DNA of 63,301 bases, the filler included, from Octopus bimaculoides (Eukaryota), in the NCBI RefSeq assembly GCF_001194135.2. It is 7 parts of 7 records of this genome, joined end to end, with 100 filler letters (N's around TTAATTAATTAA, not from the genome) between each part and the next. Parts side by side here need not be neighbours in the genome. Positions count along the whole stretch, not along the records: positions 2,823 to 28,915 come from NC_068982.1; 6 more parts are not named here. The stretch is one strand, 5' to 3'. The translations under genes and the position numbers were made by a program. Positions 12,974 to 26,304 of this stretch are shown here, one piece after another (position 1 is the stretch's first letter; each line of letters opens with the position of its first letter). The notes below the pieces were generated by a model. It had not been told where the DNA came from. It searched no databases and saw only the letters and a program-made list of their open reading frames with translations.

Positions 12974-13895
12974 GTTATTTGTTTTGTTTGTGTCTATTGT
13001 TTTGTGTGAAGCCATGACTAAATCTGTTCATACAGTCGGATGAAGTCTTTACAACCCTGAACGACTTGATTGAACCTGTTTTCAGAGATGCATGATGTTC
13101 GTATAACCATTAGCCAATGTTGTTCATCATCATCATTTAACGTCCGTTTTCTATGCTGGTAAGGGTTGGACAGTGTGACCTGGTTGGCATGCTGGAAGGC
13201 TGCATCAGACTCCAGTCTGATTTGGCATGATTTTTATGGTTGGATGCCCTTCCTAACACCAACTACTCCAAGAGTGTAATGGATGCTTTTACATGCCACG
13301 TGCCATTTGGGTGACACCAATATCTGCCACGACTGCAATTTTGCTCGGCTTGATGGGTCGTCTTCTCAAGCACAACAATGCCAAAGGTCTCGGTCATTGT
13401 GTCGATGAGGCCCAACACTCAAAAGGAGCTTTTCCCATGCCACTGGCATCAGCCACATTGCTACCATGAGGCCCAATACTCAAAAGGTGCTTTTACATGC
13501 CCGTGGCACATTTGCCATTTGCATGACACCAATATCTTCCACGACTGCAGTTTTACTTGGCTTGAGGTGGAGTCTTTTTCTCAAGCACAACATAATGTCA
13601 AACATCTCAGTCCTTCATCATTGCCTCCATGAGGTCCAACACTTGAAAAGAGCTTTCCACATGCCACCAGAATCAGCCACTTTGCCTCTATGAGGCCCAA
13701 CACTCAAAAGGTTCCTTTTATGTGCCACTGGCACAGGTGCCAGTTATGTGACACCAGCATCAGCCACGATTAGGATTTCTCTTGGCTTGACGGGTCTTCT
13801 GAAGCACAGCATATTGTCAGACAAAAAAATGAAAAGACGAGTCACGTTTCCTTGAGTAAAGTATAAAAATGTTGAATGGGTGTTACGATATTGTT

Positions 13896-14481
13896 TCATT
13901 CTTTTACTTGTTTCAGTCATTTGACTGCGGCCATGCTGGAACACCACCTTGAGTCGAGCAAATTGACCCCAGGACTTATTCTTTGTAAGTTTAGTACTTA
14001 TTCTATAGGTCTCTATTGCTGAACTGCAAAGTTATGGGGATGTAAACACACCAACATCCGTTGTTATTCGATGGTGGAGGAACAAACACACACAGTCACA
14101 CACACACACACACACACACACATGTATGTATACGGCGGGCTTCTCTCAGTTTCCGTCTACCAAATCCACTCACAAGGTTTTGGTCAGCCCAAGGCTATAG
14201 TAGAAGACACTCGGCTAAGGTGTCATGCAGTGGGACTGAACCCTGAACCATGTGGTTGAGAAGCAAACTTTTTACCGCACAGCCATGCCTGTGTCTATAC
14301 AGGAGAATTTTTATTAACAGAAGTGGGAGTGTGGTAAGATGCTTGCTTCCCAACCACATGGTTCTGGGTTCAGTCCCACTACATGGCTCCTTGGGCAAGT
14401 GTCTTCTACTATAGTTTCAGGCTGACCAAAGCCTTGTGAGTGGATTTGGTAGATGGAAACTGAAAGAAGCCCATCGTATAT

Positions 14482-14516
<35 letters not shown>

Positions 14517-14727
14517 TTGTATGTGTGTATGTTTGTACCCCTCCATCACTTGACAACTGATGTTGGCATGTTTACAGTCCCATAACTTAGTGGTTCGGCA
14601 AAAGAGACTAATAGAATAAGTACCAAGCTAACAAAGAATAAGTCCTGGGATCGATTTTTTTCAACTAAAGGCGGTGCTCCAGCATGGCCATAGTCAAATG
14701 ATTGAAACAAAGAAGAGAACAAAAGAA
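13896..14727. mobile_element. Head-to-head pair of full-length CORE-like SINEs
   Basis: Copy on - about 13896-14292 and copy on + about 14320-14727, separated by about 30 nt. Confidence 0.85.
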
Positions 14728-14754
14728 TTTATCTATTTATTTTTTTATTTATTT

Positions 14755-15210
14755 ATTTTTACATTATTTACATTTGACATATATCTGTCCTCATCTTGTT
14801 TGTTCTTAACACAACGTTTCAGCTGATATATCCTCCAGCCTTCATCAGGTGTCTTGGGGAAATTTCAAACCCGGGTTCTCATTCCTAAGCTATTTTCAAT
14901 GTTATTATTATTATTATTATTATTAAGGTCACTGCTTCGAATTGAACTCGGAATCTTGGGGTTAGTAGCCTGCGCTCTTAACCGTTATGCCATATGCCCG
15001 AGTTTGATTCCAGGCAGTGACCTGAATGATAATAATAATAATAATAATAACATTGAAAAATAGCTTAGGAATGAGAACCCAGGTTTGAAATTTCCCCAAG
15101 ACACCTGATGAAGGCTGGAGGGTATATCAGCCGAAATGTTGTGTTAACAACAAACAAGATGAGGACAAATATCTGTCAAATGTAAATAATGTAAATAATG
15201 TAAATAATGT
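14755..15210. mobile_element. Head-to-head inverted dimer of the hammerhead-tailed tRNA SINE
   Basis: Full copy on - (about 14755-14999, hammerhead 14808-14853) abuts a head-truncated copy on + (about 15000-15210, hammerhead 15100-15145). Confidence 0.8.
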
Positions 15211-15326
15211 GCTCCAGCATGACTGCAGCTGCATGGCTGAAACGAGTAAAAGAGTAAAAATGTAGATAATGTACGTAATTCCTCACCTCTTCTAAATATA
15301 GAATTGTATTATTCCTTTTTCCTCAG

Positions 15327-15535
15327 TTTGTTTGGAGGGCTGCAAACCAAGGATCAACTGTACTGAAGAGGATTATGGTATGTTTGTGGATGTGCGTTAC
15401 TTCCAGCTGGGGCCCGTGGATATACCGGATGACCTCGACCAGAGTTTCTTGAACACGCTGATTCTAAAGGCCGGCGCCGAGAGGCAGAAGCACTTCCAGG
15501 CTGCGAAATTAGTTCGGAAGGAAACGGAACAGAAG
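15327..15535 (+). CDS. SPFH/Band-7 domain protein exon (phase 1-0)
   Basis: Acceptor ttcctttttcctcag, donor AAG|gtaata. (V)CLEGCKPRINCTEEDYGMFVDVRYFQLGPVDIPDDLDQSFLNTLILKAGAERQKHFQAAKLVRKETEQK. The FQLGPVDIPD segment fits the SPFH C-terminal strand followed by a coiled-coil. Confidence 0.88.
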
Positions 15536-15567
15536 GTAATACCAAATATTTGTTCTCAGACTTACAG

Positions 15568-15920
<353 letters not shown>

Positions 15921-15974
15921 ATATTACATTAAATACTATGAATGTAATATGGATGAGTCAAGTAAAACCAATAT

Positions 15975-16325
15975 CGCAGCTGTGTCCAGTGCCCTCTGAC
16001 TGGTTTCTGTGCTGGTGGCCCGTAAAAAGCATCATCCGAACGTGGCCAATACCAGTACTCCCTGACTGGCCCCCATGCTGGTGCCACATAAAAAGCACTA
16101 TCCAAACGTGATCAATGCCAGGCCTGCCTGACTGGCCCCTGTGCCGGTGGCATGTAAAAAGCACCCACTACACTCTCGGAGTTGTTGGCATTAGGAAGGG
16201 CATCCAGCTGTAGAAACACTGCCAGATCAGATTGGAGCCTGGTGCAGCCATCAGTCAAACCGTCCAACCCATGCCAGCATGGAAAACGGATGTTAAACGA
16301 TGATGATGATGATGATGATGATGAT
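15975..16325 (+). mobile_element. SINE-like family with internal ~60-nt subrepeats and (GAT)n tail
   Basis: Repeated gtgccggtggcacgtaaaaagcac units, then gttggcattaggaagggcatccagc...gttaaacgatgatgat. Other copies at about 6290-6640(-), 8645-8850, 9400-9770, 11611-11805, 13130-13810(-), 53035-53620. Confidence 0.75.
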
Positions 16326-16387
16326 TATTTAAAATAGAATTTTTTTATGTTCAAATAAACCAAACAATTTTTCTATATTCCCAACAG

Positions 16388-16657
16388 GTCAAAAATTTTG
16401 AGAACCATGCTGCTGAGATTTTAGAATCGGCCAAATCTGACTCAAAACTCATAACAGAAACAATGGATGCTAACGCCAGTTTTATTGTGGAGAGTGCTCG
16501 AATTATAGGACTGAAAAACCTTTATTCAACTCTCAATCTCACTGATATGAGACAAAGAAATAAGTTTGATTACCTTCGCTCGTTACAAAAAGTTAATGAT
16601 TTGCGCTTAACAATTGGTTATAATCAAAAGATTTCTGGTTCATTCCCAAAGGTTTAA
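16388..16657 (+). CDS. SPFH/Band-7 domain protein terminal coding exon (89 aa + stop)
   Basis: Acceptor ttctatattcccaacag. VKNFENHAAEILESAKSDSKLITETMDANASFIVESARIIGLKNLYSTLNLTDMRQRNKFDYLRSLQKVNDLRLTIGYNQKISGSFPKV*. In frame with ORF 16463-16657. Confidence 0.85.
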   Translation, partial: VKNFENHAAEILESAKSDSKLITETMDANASFIVESARIIGLKNLYSTLNLTDMRQRNKFDYLRSLQKVNDLRLTIGYNQKISGSFPKV

Positions 16658-16836
16658 GATTTCTTAAAGTTGAGCTTGTCACTGCCATTTGATGTTTATT
16701 ATTATTTTTTTTCGTTATTTGTTTATAACTTTATGTATTTTTTATGAAGAATATTAATGCAAAGTGTAACATTGATTCTGAAGAGTAAAAGCCAGGGATG
16801 ACACCAATGCCAAACATTTGTAGAATTAACATCAAG

Positions 16837-16842
16837 AATAAA
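16837..16842 (+). promoter_or_regulatory. Candidate polyadenylation signal of the SPFH gene
   Basis: AATAAA about 180 nt after the stop codon; position only. Confidence 0.35.
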
Positions 16843-17376
16843 AGAGTGAAAAAAAAAAAAAAGAATATCTTCATTTGTTTTGTGAACTTTTTTTTTAACA
16901 GTTGGGACGATGTCAAGATTATCTGCGAACATAACATGGCAGTCCTGGTTTAGGACGAATTTTGCTGTAATTTAGCCCCAGGAGACATTATCTCTAGCTG
17001 GCTATACGACATGATCAGTGTCCTTATATTTTCGAACAAGGGAATCTAGCACCACCATAAGGACACAGATCGTGTCGTATAGCCAGCTGGAGACAATGTC
17101 TCCTGGGGCTAAAATTACAGCAACATTAGTCCTAAACCAGGACTGCCATGTTATGTTGGCAAACAATCTTTACTACAAAGTACTGTTGCTGAATATCTCT
17201 CGTTGTGAGATTTAAAAATAGTAATTTTTTAAACTGGTATGATGTTAGCACACCAGAGTTGATACAGTATGAGAGAGAGAGAGAGAGAGGAAGAGAGAGA
17301 GATAGAGAGAAAGAGGGAGAGAGAGAGAGAGAAAGAGGGAGAGAGAGAGAGAGAAAGAGGGAGAGAGAGAGAGAAA

Positions 17377-17407
<31 letters not shown>

Positions 17408-17689
17408 TTGTCCATCACCATCTACCACAATGGCATGATTTGACTGGAAGAGTTTGCAATCCTAGAGATAAGAGGTGATTCTTGGAGGGGAGGGGGAAGA
17501 GTTTTGCCAGGAGACTCACAAACGTTTTACTGATCTCAAGTGCAATGAACTGTTTTCAGATTTCTCAAGGACGTGGATCCAGCTCTCCGACAGTGTGCTG
17601 TGTCCTTGAGCAAGATTCTTTATTTCACTTACCTGCATTCCACTTACCTGCACTCCACTTACCTGGCAAAAATGAGTTGTACCTGAATT

Positions 17690-17903
17690 GCTTTCTACTG
17701 TAGGCACAAAGCCCGAAATCTTTGGGGAGGGGGCCAGTCGATTAGATCGACCTCAGTATGCAACTGGTACTTAATTTATCGACCCCAAAAGGATGAAAGG
17801 CAAAGTCGACCTTGGCGGAATTTGAACTCAGAACATAAAGACAGACGAAATACCGCTAAGCATTTCGTCCGGCGTGCTAACAGTTCTGCCAGCTCACTGC
17901 CTT
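17690..17903 (-). mobile_element. tRNA-derived SINE with Nin/Deu-like central domain, with target-site duplication
   Basis: gtcgactttgcctttcatcc...gtcgataaattaagtaccag domain; aatgagttgtacctg is duplicated at 17671-17685 and 17904-17918. Other copies at about 610-800, 1710-1895, 3125-3340, 6655-6860, 20275-20485, 20875-21075. Confidence 0.8.
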
Positions 17904-18561
17904 AATGAGTTGTACCTGTAATTCAAAGGGGGCCAGCCTTGACACGTTCTGTGTCATGCTGAATCTCTCCCGAGAACTACACTGATGGTAGTCATGTCTG
18001 TGTCTCTCTNNNNNNNNNNNNNNNNNNNNNNNNNNNNNNNNNNNNNNNNNNNNNNNNNNNNNNNNNNNNNNNNNNNNNNNNNNNNNNNNNNNNNNNNNNN
18101 NNNNNNNNNNNNNNNNNNNNNNNNNNNNNNNNNNNNNNNNNNNNNNNNNNNNNNNNNNNNNNNNNNNNNNNNNNNNNNNNNNNNNNNNNNNNNNNNNNNN
18201 NNNNNNNNNNNNNNNNNNNNNNNNNNNNNNNNNNNNNNNNNNNNNNNNNNNNNNNNNNNNNNNNNNNNNNNNNNNNNNNNNNNNNNNNNNNNNNNNNNNN
18301 NNNNNNNNNNNNNNNNNNNNNNNNNNNNNNNNNNNNNNNNNNNNNNNNNNNNNNNNNNNNNNNNNNNNNNNNNNNNNNNNNNNNNNNNNNNNNNNNNNNN
18401 NNNNNNNNNNNNNNNNNNNNNNNNNNNNNNNNNNNNNNNNNNNNNNNNNNNNNNNNNNNNNNNNNNNNNNNNNNNNNNNNNNNNNNNNNNNNNNNNNNNN
18501 NNNNNNNNNNNNNNNNNNNNNNNNNNNNNNNNNNNNNNNNNNNNNNNNNNNNNNNNNNNNN

Positions 18562-18598
<37 letters not shown>

Positions 18599-21070
18599 TC
18601 TGCTACCCAGCAAATTTTCTAAAATATACCATTTGAGATATTCTGCACTTTTTGCAATCTATAATCTTCTCATATACGTAGTTTAAGATTCCTGCCTGTA
18701 TTCGGGTTCTGTTATAATTTAATTTTAGTAATTTTCAAGCAAATTATTAAATGTAAAATTTCTGAATGGCCGCCAGCTTCTCAGGTTGAACAATATTTTT
18801 GAATTATCTTCATAAATGAATAACAACATTAAATGAATCTAGTTTTATTTTTAAATAATCCTGCATTGTGGCATGTAGTTTGTGTGTGTGTGTGAGTGTG
18901 TGTGTGTGTGAGGAAGCTGATACTTTTAATGATGCAGTAAACCCTTGCCATATCGTGGTTCACCTATTGTGCCCTTACTACATTGCAGATTTTTCTGGCA
19001 AATATATGTGAATTTATATCGTAGACTCCTCTGTATATTGTGGATTTCTGTGGTCGATAGGTATTTATATTTTTCAAGATTTTAATTATTTCTGTGGTAA
19101 AATAAGCATTTTCACGCCTAAAAATTAATAAATTAGTAAATAAAAATAGAGTACAGTACTGCAATGTATAACACGTTAATTAAAATATATTAAAAGAAAA
19201 TACGTTCTGTACCGTAGATGAGTAAATAAAGAATTGTATATATTCTATGGAGTAAACAAAGAATCTCACATGTTCTATGGAAAACGAAACCCGGGAGGTG
19301 AGTGTGTGGTGTTGTTTTGCATTTATAATAAAATAAATATAGGCATAGGAATGGCTGTGTGGTAAGTAGCTTGCTTACCAACCACATGGTTCCGGGTTCA
19401 TTCCCACTGCATGGCACCTTGGCCGAGTGTCTTCTACTATAGCCTTGTGCCGACCAAAGCCTTGTGAGTGGATTTGGTAGACGGAAACTGAAAGAAACCC
19501 GTCGTATATATGTATATATATGTATGTATGTGTGTGTGTATATGTTTGTGTGTCTGTGTCCCCCTCCCCCCAACATCGCTTGACAACCGATGCTGGTGTG
19601 TTTACGTGCCCGTAACTTAGCGGTTCGGCAAAAGAGACCGATAGAATAAGTACGAAATATTCCGTGCAATTAGTTGACGTTTTAATTTCTAAAAGTTCCT
19701 GACCGGACCACACCAGAATATTTCATTCTTTGATCGTTATTCAAGCTTTTACTTTCTTTTTTTTTTTTACGAAGGTGCATAGTCTGGTGGTTAGGACGTT
19801 GGACTCATGATCCTAAGGTCGTGGGTTCGCTTCCTAGACCCGGCAGTGCGTTGTACTCTTGAGCAAGGTACTTTATTCCACGTTGCTTCCGTTTACCCAA
19901 CTGGAAATGAACACCAGCACCACTGAAGGTGCAGCTCTCTCACCTGCTGTCACATTTTCGATATTCCACTCGATCTACGGCTGGAACGTCCAAAAGGTGT
20001 CCATGTCCGATCGCGACTGTTCGCGCACCTAAAACAACAAGCGAAAGCATGGTGCATACTACCACGCCAAGCCTGCCTATGAAAAACCACGGCTGTCTTT
20101 TCCATACGGGCCCTGATTACTTCATTTTGATTCTCTGTCTTTACTCACTTGTCGGCTGTCTCCATGTCAGCTCTAGTGTATGCACAGATACTATACTGAG
20201 TTTGAAGGTATACAGCACGTAAGGGCGTATGAAACGCATTGCCAATTTCAACAGAGCATATGTAGATAAAATGTTTTCTACTCTAGGCACAAGGCCTGAG
20301 GTTTTTGGAGAGGGTGGGGCCAGTCGATTAGATCAACTCCAGTACACATCTGGTACTTAATTTATCGACCCTGAAAGGATGAAAGGCAAAGTCGACCTCG
20401 GCAGAATTTGAACTCAGAACGTAAAGACGGACGAAATACCGCTATTTCGCTCGGCGTGCTAACGTTTCTGCCAGCTCGTCGCCTTTAATCAATTTTAATA
20501 TTGAACGGTTACGCCTACGGGGTAGACTGACTATCCATGAGGTCTTTACTGATCCCAATCATATTGATCTTATTGACCACTCACGCTTTCACGAGGCCGA
20601 AAATTGTTTATCAAAATTTAGAGCCCTCAAAAGTAGGAATTTATCCGGATAACCATACATCTACCCATCAATCCAATCTGCCACCCGCTTGCTCATCCGT
20701 TATTGTTCTGTTAAGCCATTCATCAACTCCACAACTCAATCAATCATCATATTTGTTGTCGTCATCTTCTTTGTCCTTCACACTCTCTCTCTCTCTCAAT
20801 CTCCATCTTTCTCTCTTCGCTTTTCACCATTCCCATCAACACGCCGTTTACCATCATTGTCTAATACCTTTCTGCTATAGAAACAAGGCCTGAAATTTTG
20901 GGGGGAGGGGACAAGTCGATTACATCGACCCCAATACTCAACTGGTAATCGACACCGAAAGAATGAACGGTAAAGTTGACCCCGGCAGGATTTGAACTCG
21001 GAACGGAACACGGACGAAATACTACTAAGCATTTTTACCCGGCTGCTAACAATTCTGACAGCTCACCGCC

Positions 21071-21112
<42 letters not shown>

Positions 21113-21871
21113 TATATTCTTTTACTTGTTTCAGACCCCGGGACTTATTTTTGTAAGCTGAGTACTTATTCTATCAGTCTCTTTGGCCGAACCGCTATGT
21201 TACAGGAACGTAAACACACCAGCATCGGTTGTCAAGCGATGCTGCGGGGACNNNNNNNNNNNNNNNNNNNNNNNNNNNNNNNNNNNNNNNNNNNNNNNNN
21301 NNNNNNNNNNNNNNNNNNNNNNNNNNNNNNNNNNNNNNNNNNNNNNNNNNNNNNNNNNNNNNNNNNNNNNNNNNNNNNNNNNNNNNNNNNNNNNNNNNNN
21401 NNNNNNNNNNNNNNNNNNNNNNNNNNNNNNNNNNNNNNNNNNNNNNNNNNNNNNNNNNNNNNNNNNNNNNNNNNNNNNNNNNNNNNNNNNNNNNNNNNNN
21501 NNNNNNNNNNNNNNNNNNNNNNNNNNNNNNNNNNNNNNNNNNNNNNNNNNNNNNNNNNNNNNNNNNNNNNNNNNNNNNNNNNNNNNNNNNNNNNNNNNNN
21601 NNNNNNNNNNNNNNNNNNNNNNNNNNNNNNNNNNNNNNNNNNNNNNNNNNNNNNNNNNNNNNNNNNNNNNNNNNNNNNNNNNNNNNNNNNNNNNNNNNNN
21701 NNNNNNNNNNNNNNNNNNNNNNNNNNNNNNNNNNNNNNNNNNNNNNNNNNNNNNNNNNNNNNNNNNNNNNNNNNNNNNNNNNNNNNNNNNNNNNNNNNNN
21801 NNNNNNNNNNNNNNNNNNNNNNNNNNNNNNNNNNNNNNNNNNNNNNNNNNNNNNNNNNNNNNNNNNNNNNN

Positions 21872-21904
<33 letters not shown>

Positions 21905-22459
21905 CATATGTATATATATTATATATATATGTATAGGTTAAATGATTTCAGACAATCATCTCATTCCTACTGTTAGTTCTCCTCCTCCTCCTCCTCCTCC
22001 CTCCCCTTCTTCTTTTTCTTCTTCTTCTTTCTACGATTTACTAACGACAAATTAACCAGAGTTCACCTAGAATTACGCACATTTCTATTATTTGTCTATA
22101 GCTCAAGGCTAAAACTGCCAGACCTTTTAACGGAAAAACACTTTCCATGTTGCCAACGTCCACCGCGGCTCACTTGTTTACAATAATGTACTCTTGTTCG
22201 TCAATAGGCTTCTTAATACAGTTGCGAATTTCAATTTTCTCCTATCATCATCTAAATTAAATGTGTGTGTGTGTATGTGTGTGTGTGTGTATGTATGGTT
22301 ATATCGATGCGTGTATATTATACATGCATATATGTGTGTGTTTACATGGTCTTAAAAAGTTACATAGAATTAATAGCTTCAGAAGCAGTATTAATGCCAA
22401 AAGCTAATCTTTATCTCCATCTGAAAGTGGATGTTTTGTTAGAACACTGAACACAACGT

Positions 22460-22760
22460 TGTTTACATTGGAAAGACAACCCAGACGGACGCGTCGCACA
22501 AAGCTCTGTCTTGGGCCCGCTCCTTTTCGCTATTTATAGCAATGGCATTGTTGACATTATCAAACACAGCAGGATAAGAATATCCGCGGATGATTCTATG
22601 CTTCTGAAGGTCATTGACAAGACAGGAAACCGGATTAATCTCTAATCGGATGTGCTCCCTGTTATCCGATGGGCGGAGAAAAATATATTGTGCAGCTAAA
22701 CGAGGATAAATTCGAATTAATAGACTTTGGTAAAGAGGCTGCACTTGAGCTGCTACACAC
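22460..22760 (+). mobile_element. LINE reverse transcriptase fragment (CR1/Jockey-like), decayed
   Basis: VAQSSVLGPLLFAIYSNGIVDIIKHSRIRISADD corresponds to the PQGSVLGPLLF...YADD RT motifs. Confidence 0.75.
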
Positions 22761-22834
22761 TCTTCCCTTCAGTGTTCTTCACCTTTCCGATTCCGTAACG
22801 CCCAAGCACATTCCAAGCACCATAGTCTCTACCA

Positions 22835-23330
22835 GCACGTGCATTAAAGTTACCAAACGCAACCAATTTCTTATTCAAAGGGCCTGACAGAATACTTCTT
22901 CTAAGCTCCTCATAAAATGCATGGATATTTTCCTCACTAGCTGAAAGTGTAGGAGCATACTTAGAGATAACAGTTGTAAAACGCCCACAAGAAAGAGGCA
23001 CCCGGTGTTTCATTATGCGTGTATTTATGCTTTGTGATTGTTTTAGGTCTTTTAGCAAATCACTTGTATTTGCAAGCCCAACACCACCTTCCTTTCTTCT
23101 CCTTTCGGCTTCCCAACCCAGAATAAAGTGAAACCGGCCGCTCTTTCGACAAGAAGATCTTCATCTGAACATCTTGTTTCAGAAAGAGCTGCAATATCAA
23201 CATTAAGACGCCTTAGCTCCTTAGTTACTAGAGCTGTTCTTCTTTCAGGTCTGTTTGCTCGATCTAAAAGGGTTCTCAAATTCCAACAGGCCAGGTTAAG
23301 AGAAACCTTATTCCATGCATAATTGTTATC
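22835..23330 (-). mobile_element. RTE-clade LINE APE endonuclease fragment
   Basis: LACWNLRTLLDRANRPERRTALVTKELRRLNVDIAALSETR...YAPTL...FYEEL...GNFNARAG, frameshifted. Confidence 0.85.
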
Positions 23331-24660
23331 ATTGTTTATATCAATTCTTTCATCATTCCTGCTGAATTGAACCACCGTTAGCTGCAGTACACTAACCAGA
23401 AGAGAGAGGACAGACACTTTTTAGTGTACCTTTTCTAGCACTTTCCCAGCATATCCAGGTGAGCAGTGTTCTCCTTAAAAGGGCTGCTCAGACACAGGAT
23501 TCTCCACCAAAAACCTTTCTTGTCTATGAAAACATGTTAGCGATGTTAAGATAAGAACCCTGCCGTCTTATACGCAAATTTGTAACTGTATGCTTCCAAC
23601 CGGTCAAGTCTGCATACGTCGCCATAGAACTTTGGAAAAGTGATGATCGTCGCCATAGAACTTTGGAAAAGGGATGATTGTACGATGATGTTGTTTTGTC
23701 GGGGATATCTGAACTTCATTGAATTTCAGTGACAAATGCTTGTACAATACTTTTACCACTCTCTGGGTCAAAATTGTAGATTCCAGTGACAAGCAAAGCA
23801 AGATGACTAGTACTAAGTTGACTGCAGGTTTTATATCGGACTACCTTCACCTAGGCTTTTCCTCAAAAGAAGACTGAAAGCCAGCAGTGGTGAGTCAATT
23901 TGAATTCAGAGCTTTATTCTCCTGTACTGGTTGTCCTAATCACAGGTTTGTTTCAAAACAGGAGGCCATTCTTCCGCCATCAACAGTCATGGCTTTGGCA
24001 GTGCAGCCAATTAAGGAACTGTCATTACCATGACCTGGTTTTATGACAGAGTGACCATCTCCTGGAAGAGTTGCCTTCACCACGGCTAATGAGCCTCATC
24101 TGTCCCTTCCACCACAAAAAATATATATACATATGTACATATATATATATATATATATATANNNNNNNNNNNNNNNNNNNNNNNNNNNNNNNNNNNNNNN
24201 NNNNNNNNNNNNNNNNNNNNNNNNNNNNNNNNNNNNNNNNNNNNNNNNNNNNAATAAAAATAAATACATAAATAAATAAATTCACAATTAAAAATAAGAA
24301 TAAAAATAAAATAAAAAGATATAAATATATAAATATATAAAAAGATATATAAAAAGAAAGAGATAAAAAATATAAAATATATATGAATATACACACACAT
24401 ACATACATACACAGACACATGTACACATAATGTTGGATGGCCGTGGATTATACACGATCTCTTCCGCCCTTTGACGGGTCTTATTGTTTGTCCAACGATC
24501 ACCCTCCTCACCAAGTAAGCTTGATGGGGTTGCCAGTTTAGTCGCCGACGACCCGACCATGCAACAGGTTATACTGGGTTACATGTTACCAGTAACGACA
24601 TAACACATGCACACACGCGCAAACACACATGCACACGCACGCGCACACACACATGCACAC

Positions 24661-24702
<42 letters not shown>

Positions 24703-24897
24703 NNNNNNNNNNNNNNNNNNNNNNNNNNNNNNNNNNNNNNNNNNNNNNNNNNNNNNNNNNNNNNNNNNNNNNNNNNNNNNNNNNNNNNNNNNNNNNNNNN
24801 NNNNNNNNNNNNNNNNNNNNNNNNNNNNNNNNNNNNNNNNNNNNNNNNNNNNNNNNNNNNNNNNNNNNNNNNNNNNNNNNNNNNNNNNNNNNNNNNN

Positions 24898-24970
<73 letters not shown>

Positions 24971-25009
24971 TGTGTAAAGGTTTGGAATTCCATGATTTTC
25001 GTTCTGATG

Positions 25010-25270
25010 GCGAGGTCATGGCTGTGTGACGTGGGTGTTGTATCGACGAGTCATGAAAAAAAAAATCGAACATCTCCAAAAGCACAAACTTCGCACAACC
25101 ATGTGTATTCGATGGAAGGACTACACTTCCAATGAAGAGGTTCTACTCCAGGTTGGGTTGCTCAGCATTGAAGCTACAACGGCACGACACCGCCTCCGCT
25201 CGTCGGAGCACATCCTACGTACACCACAAACGCGCCTTCCCCGTCAAATCGTCCTTGCGGAGTTGGATTC
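25010..25270 (+). mobile_element. RTE-clade LINE ORF2 C-terminal fragment
   Basis: LRTTMCIRWKDYTSNEEVLLQVGLLSIEAT...RLPRQIVLAEL. Confidence 0.75.
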
Positions 25271-26181
25271 AGGCACCGGCACCCTTCGTACCCCATCAAG
25301 ATTAAGAAGCTCGATCACTGGATACAGATCTGCTCCTCGGATACGAGTTAACGCCGCCACCAATGACGATGACACACATGATGGACTTCTTTCAGTTTCC
25401 GTCTACCAAATCCATTCCCAAGGGTTTGGTCGGCCAGAGTCTATAACAGAAGACACCTGCCCAAGGTTCCATGTGGTTGGGAAACAAACTTCTTACCACA
25501 CAGCCACGCCATGTTAGTAATGTGTGTCTGTATGATAAAAATATGAAAACCGATACCTTCATTATAATACTTTCGGTTTCGGTGACATAACACGATCGAT
25601 TAAACAATTGGTAATAAAACATAACCACAAACAACTTGATAAATCTTATTGGGAGACACCCGTTGACCAAGATCCGTTACAAAGGTTACGCAGTAAGACT
25701 CCACGGAGATATGCAAGTATTTTATCAATCTCAGTTTCAAACAAGAATCTCACAAAACTACTGTTTATACGAAATAAAATATTCACAGAATGACAGACAA
25801 CGAAACAACAGCAAAGCCACTAAAATGAGATAATTGAAAAATTTAATAAGATAAACAAAGAAATTATTGATTAAGATTGAACTTTACAATAGTATTCATA
25901 ATTTAGGGTGTTCTGTAGAATTGTGTGTGATAATAAAACTAAAGCATGATTGATCACTTGTTAGAAATGATCGAATAACTTCGATGTTAATAGATTTGAT
26001 TTATTGTTTTTGATTTTAATAAAATAGTTTTGAGTTAAATATTTTAATGTTTGCTTTTTTTCCTGTCTTACGAAGAAAAGGAGAGAATTTAGGAATGGAA
26101 GATTCAACCAGATTGGCAGAGCATATACATACATACATACATACATACATACATACACACATACATACATACACACACACA

Positions 26182-26217
<36 letters not shown>

Positions 26218-26245
26218 TGCATACACACATACATACATACATACA

Positions 26246-26279
<34 letters not shown>

Positions 26280-26304
26280 CATACATCCATTAGCTGTCCA
26301 GCGG

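Noticed and set aside
23615-23680. 31-bp direct tandem duplication (cgtcgccatagaactttggaaaag)
   Set aside because: Only two units with no spacers; not CRISPR-like.
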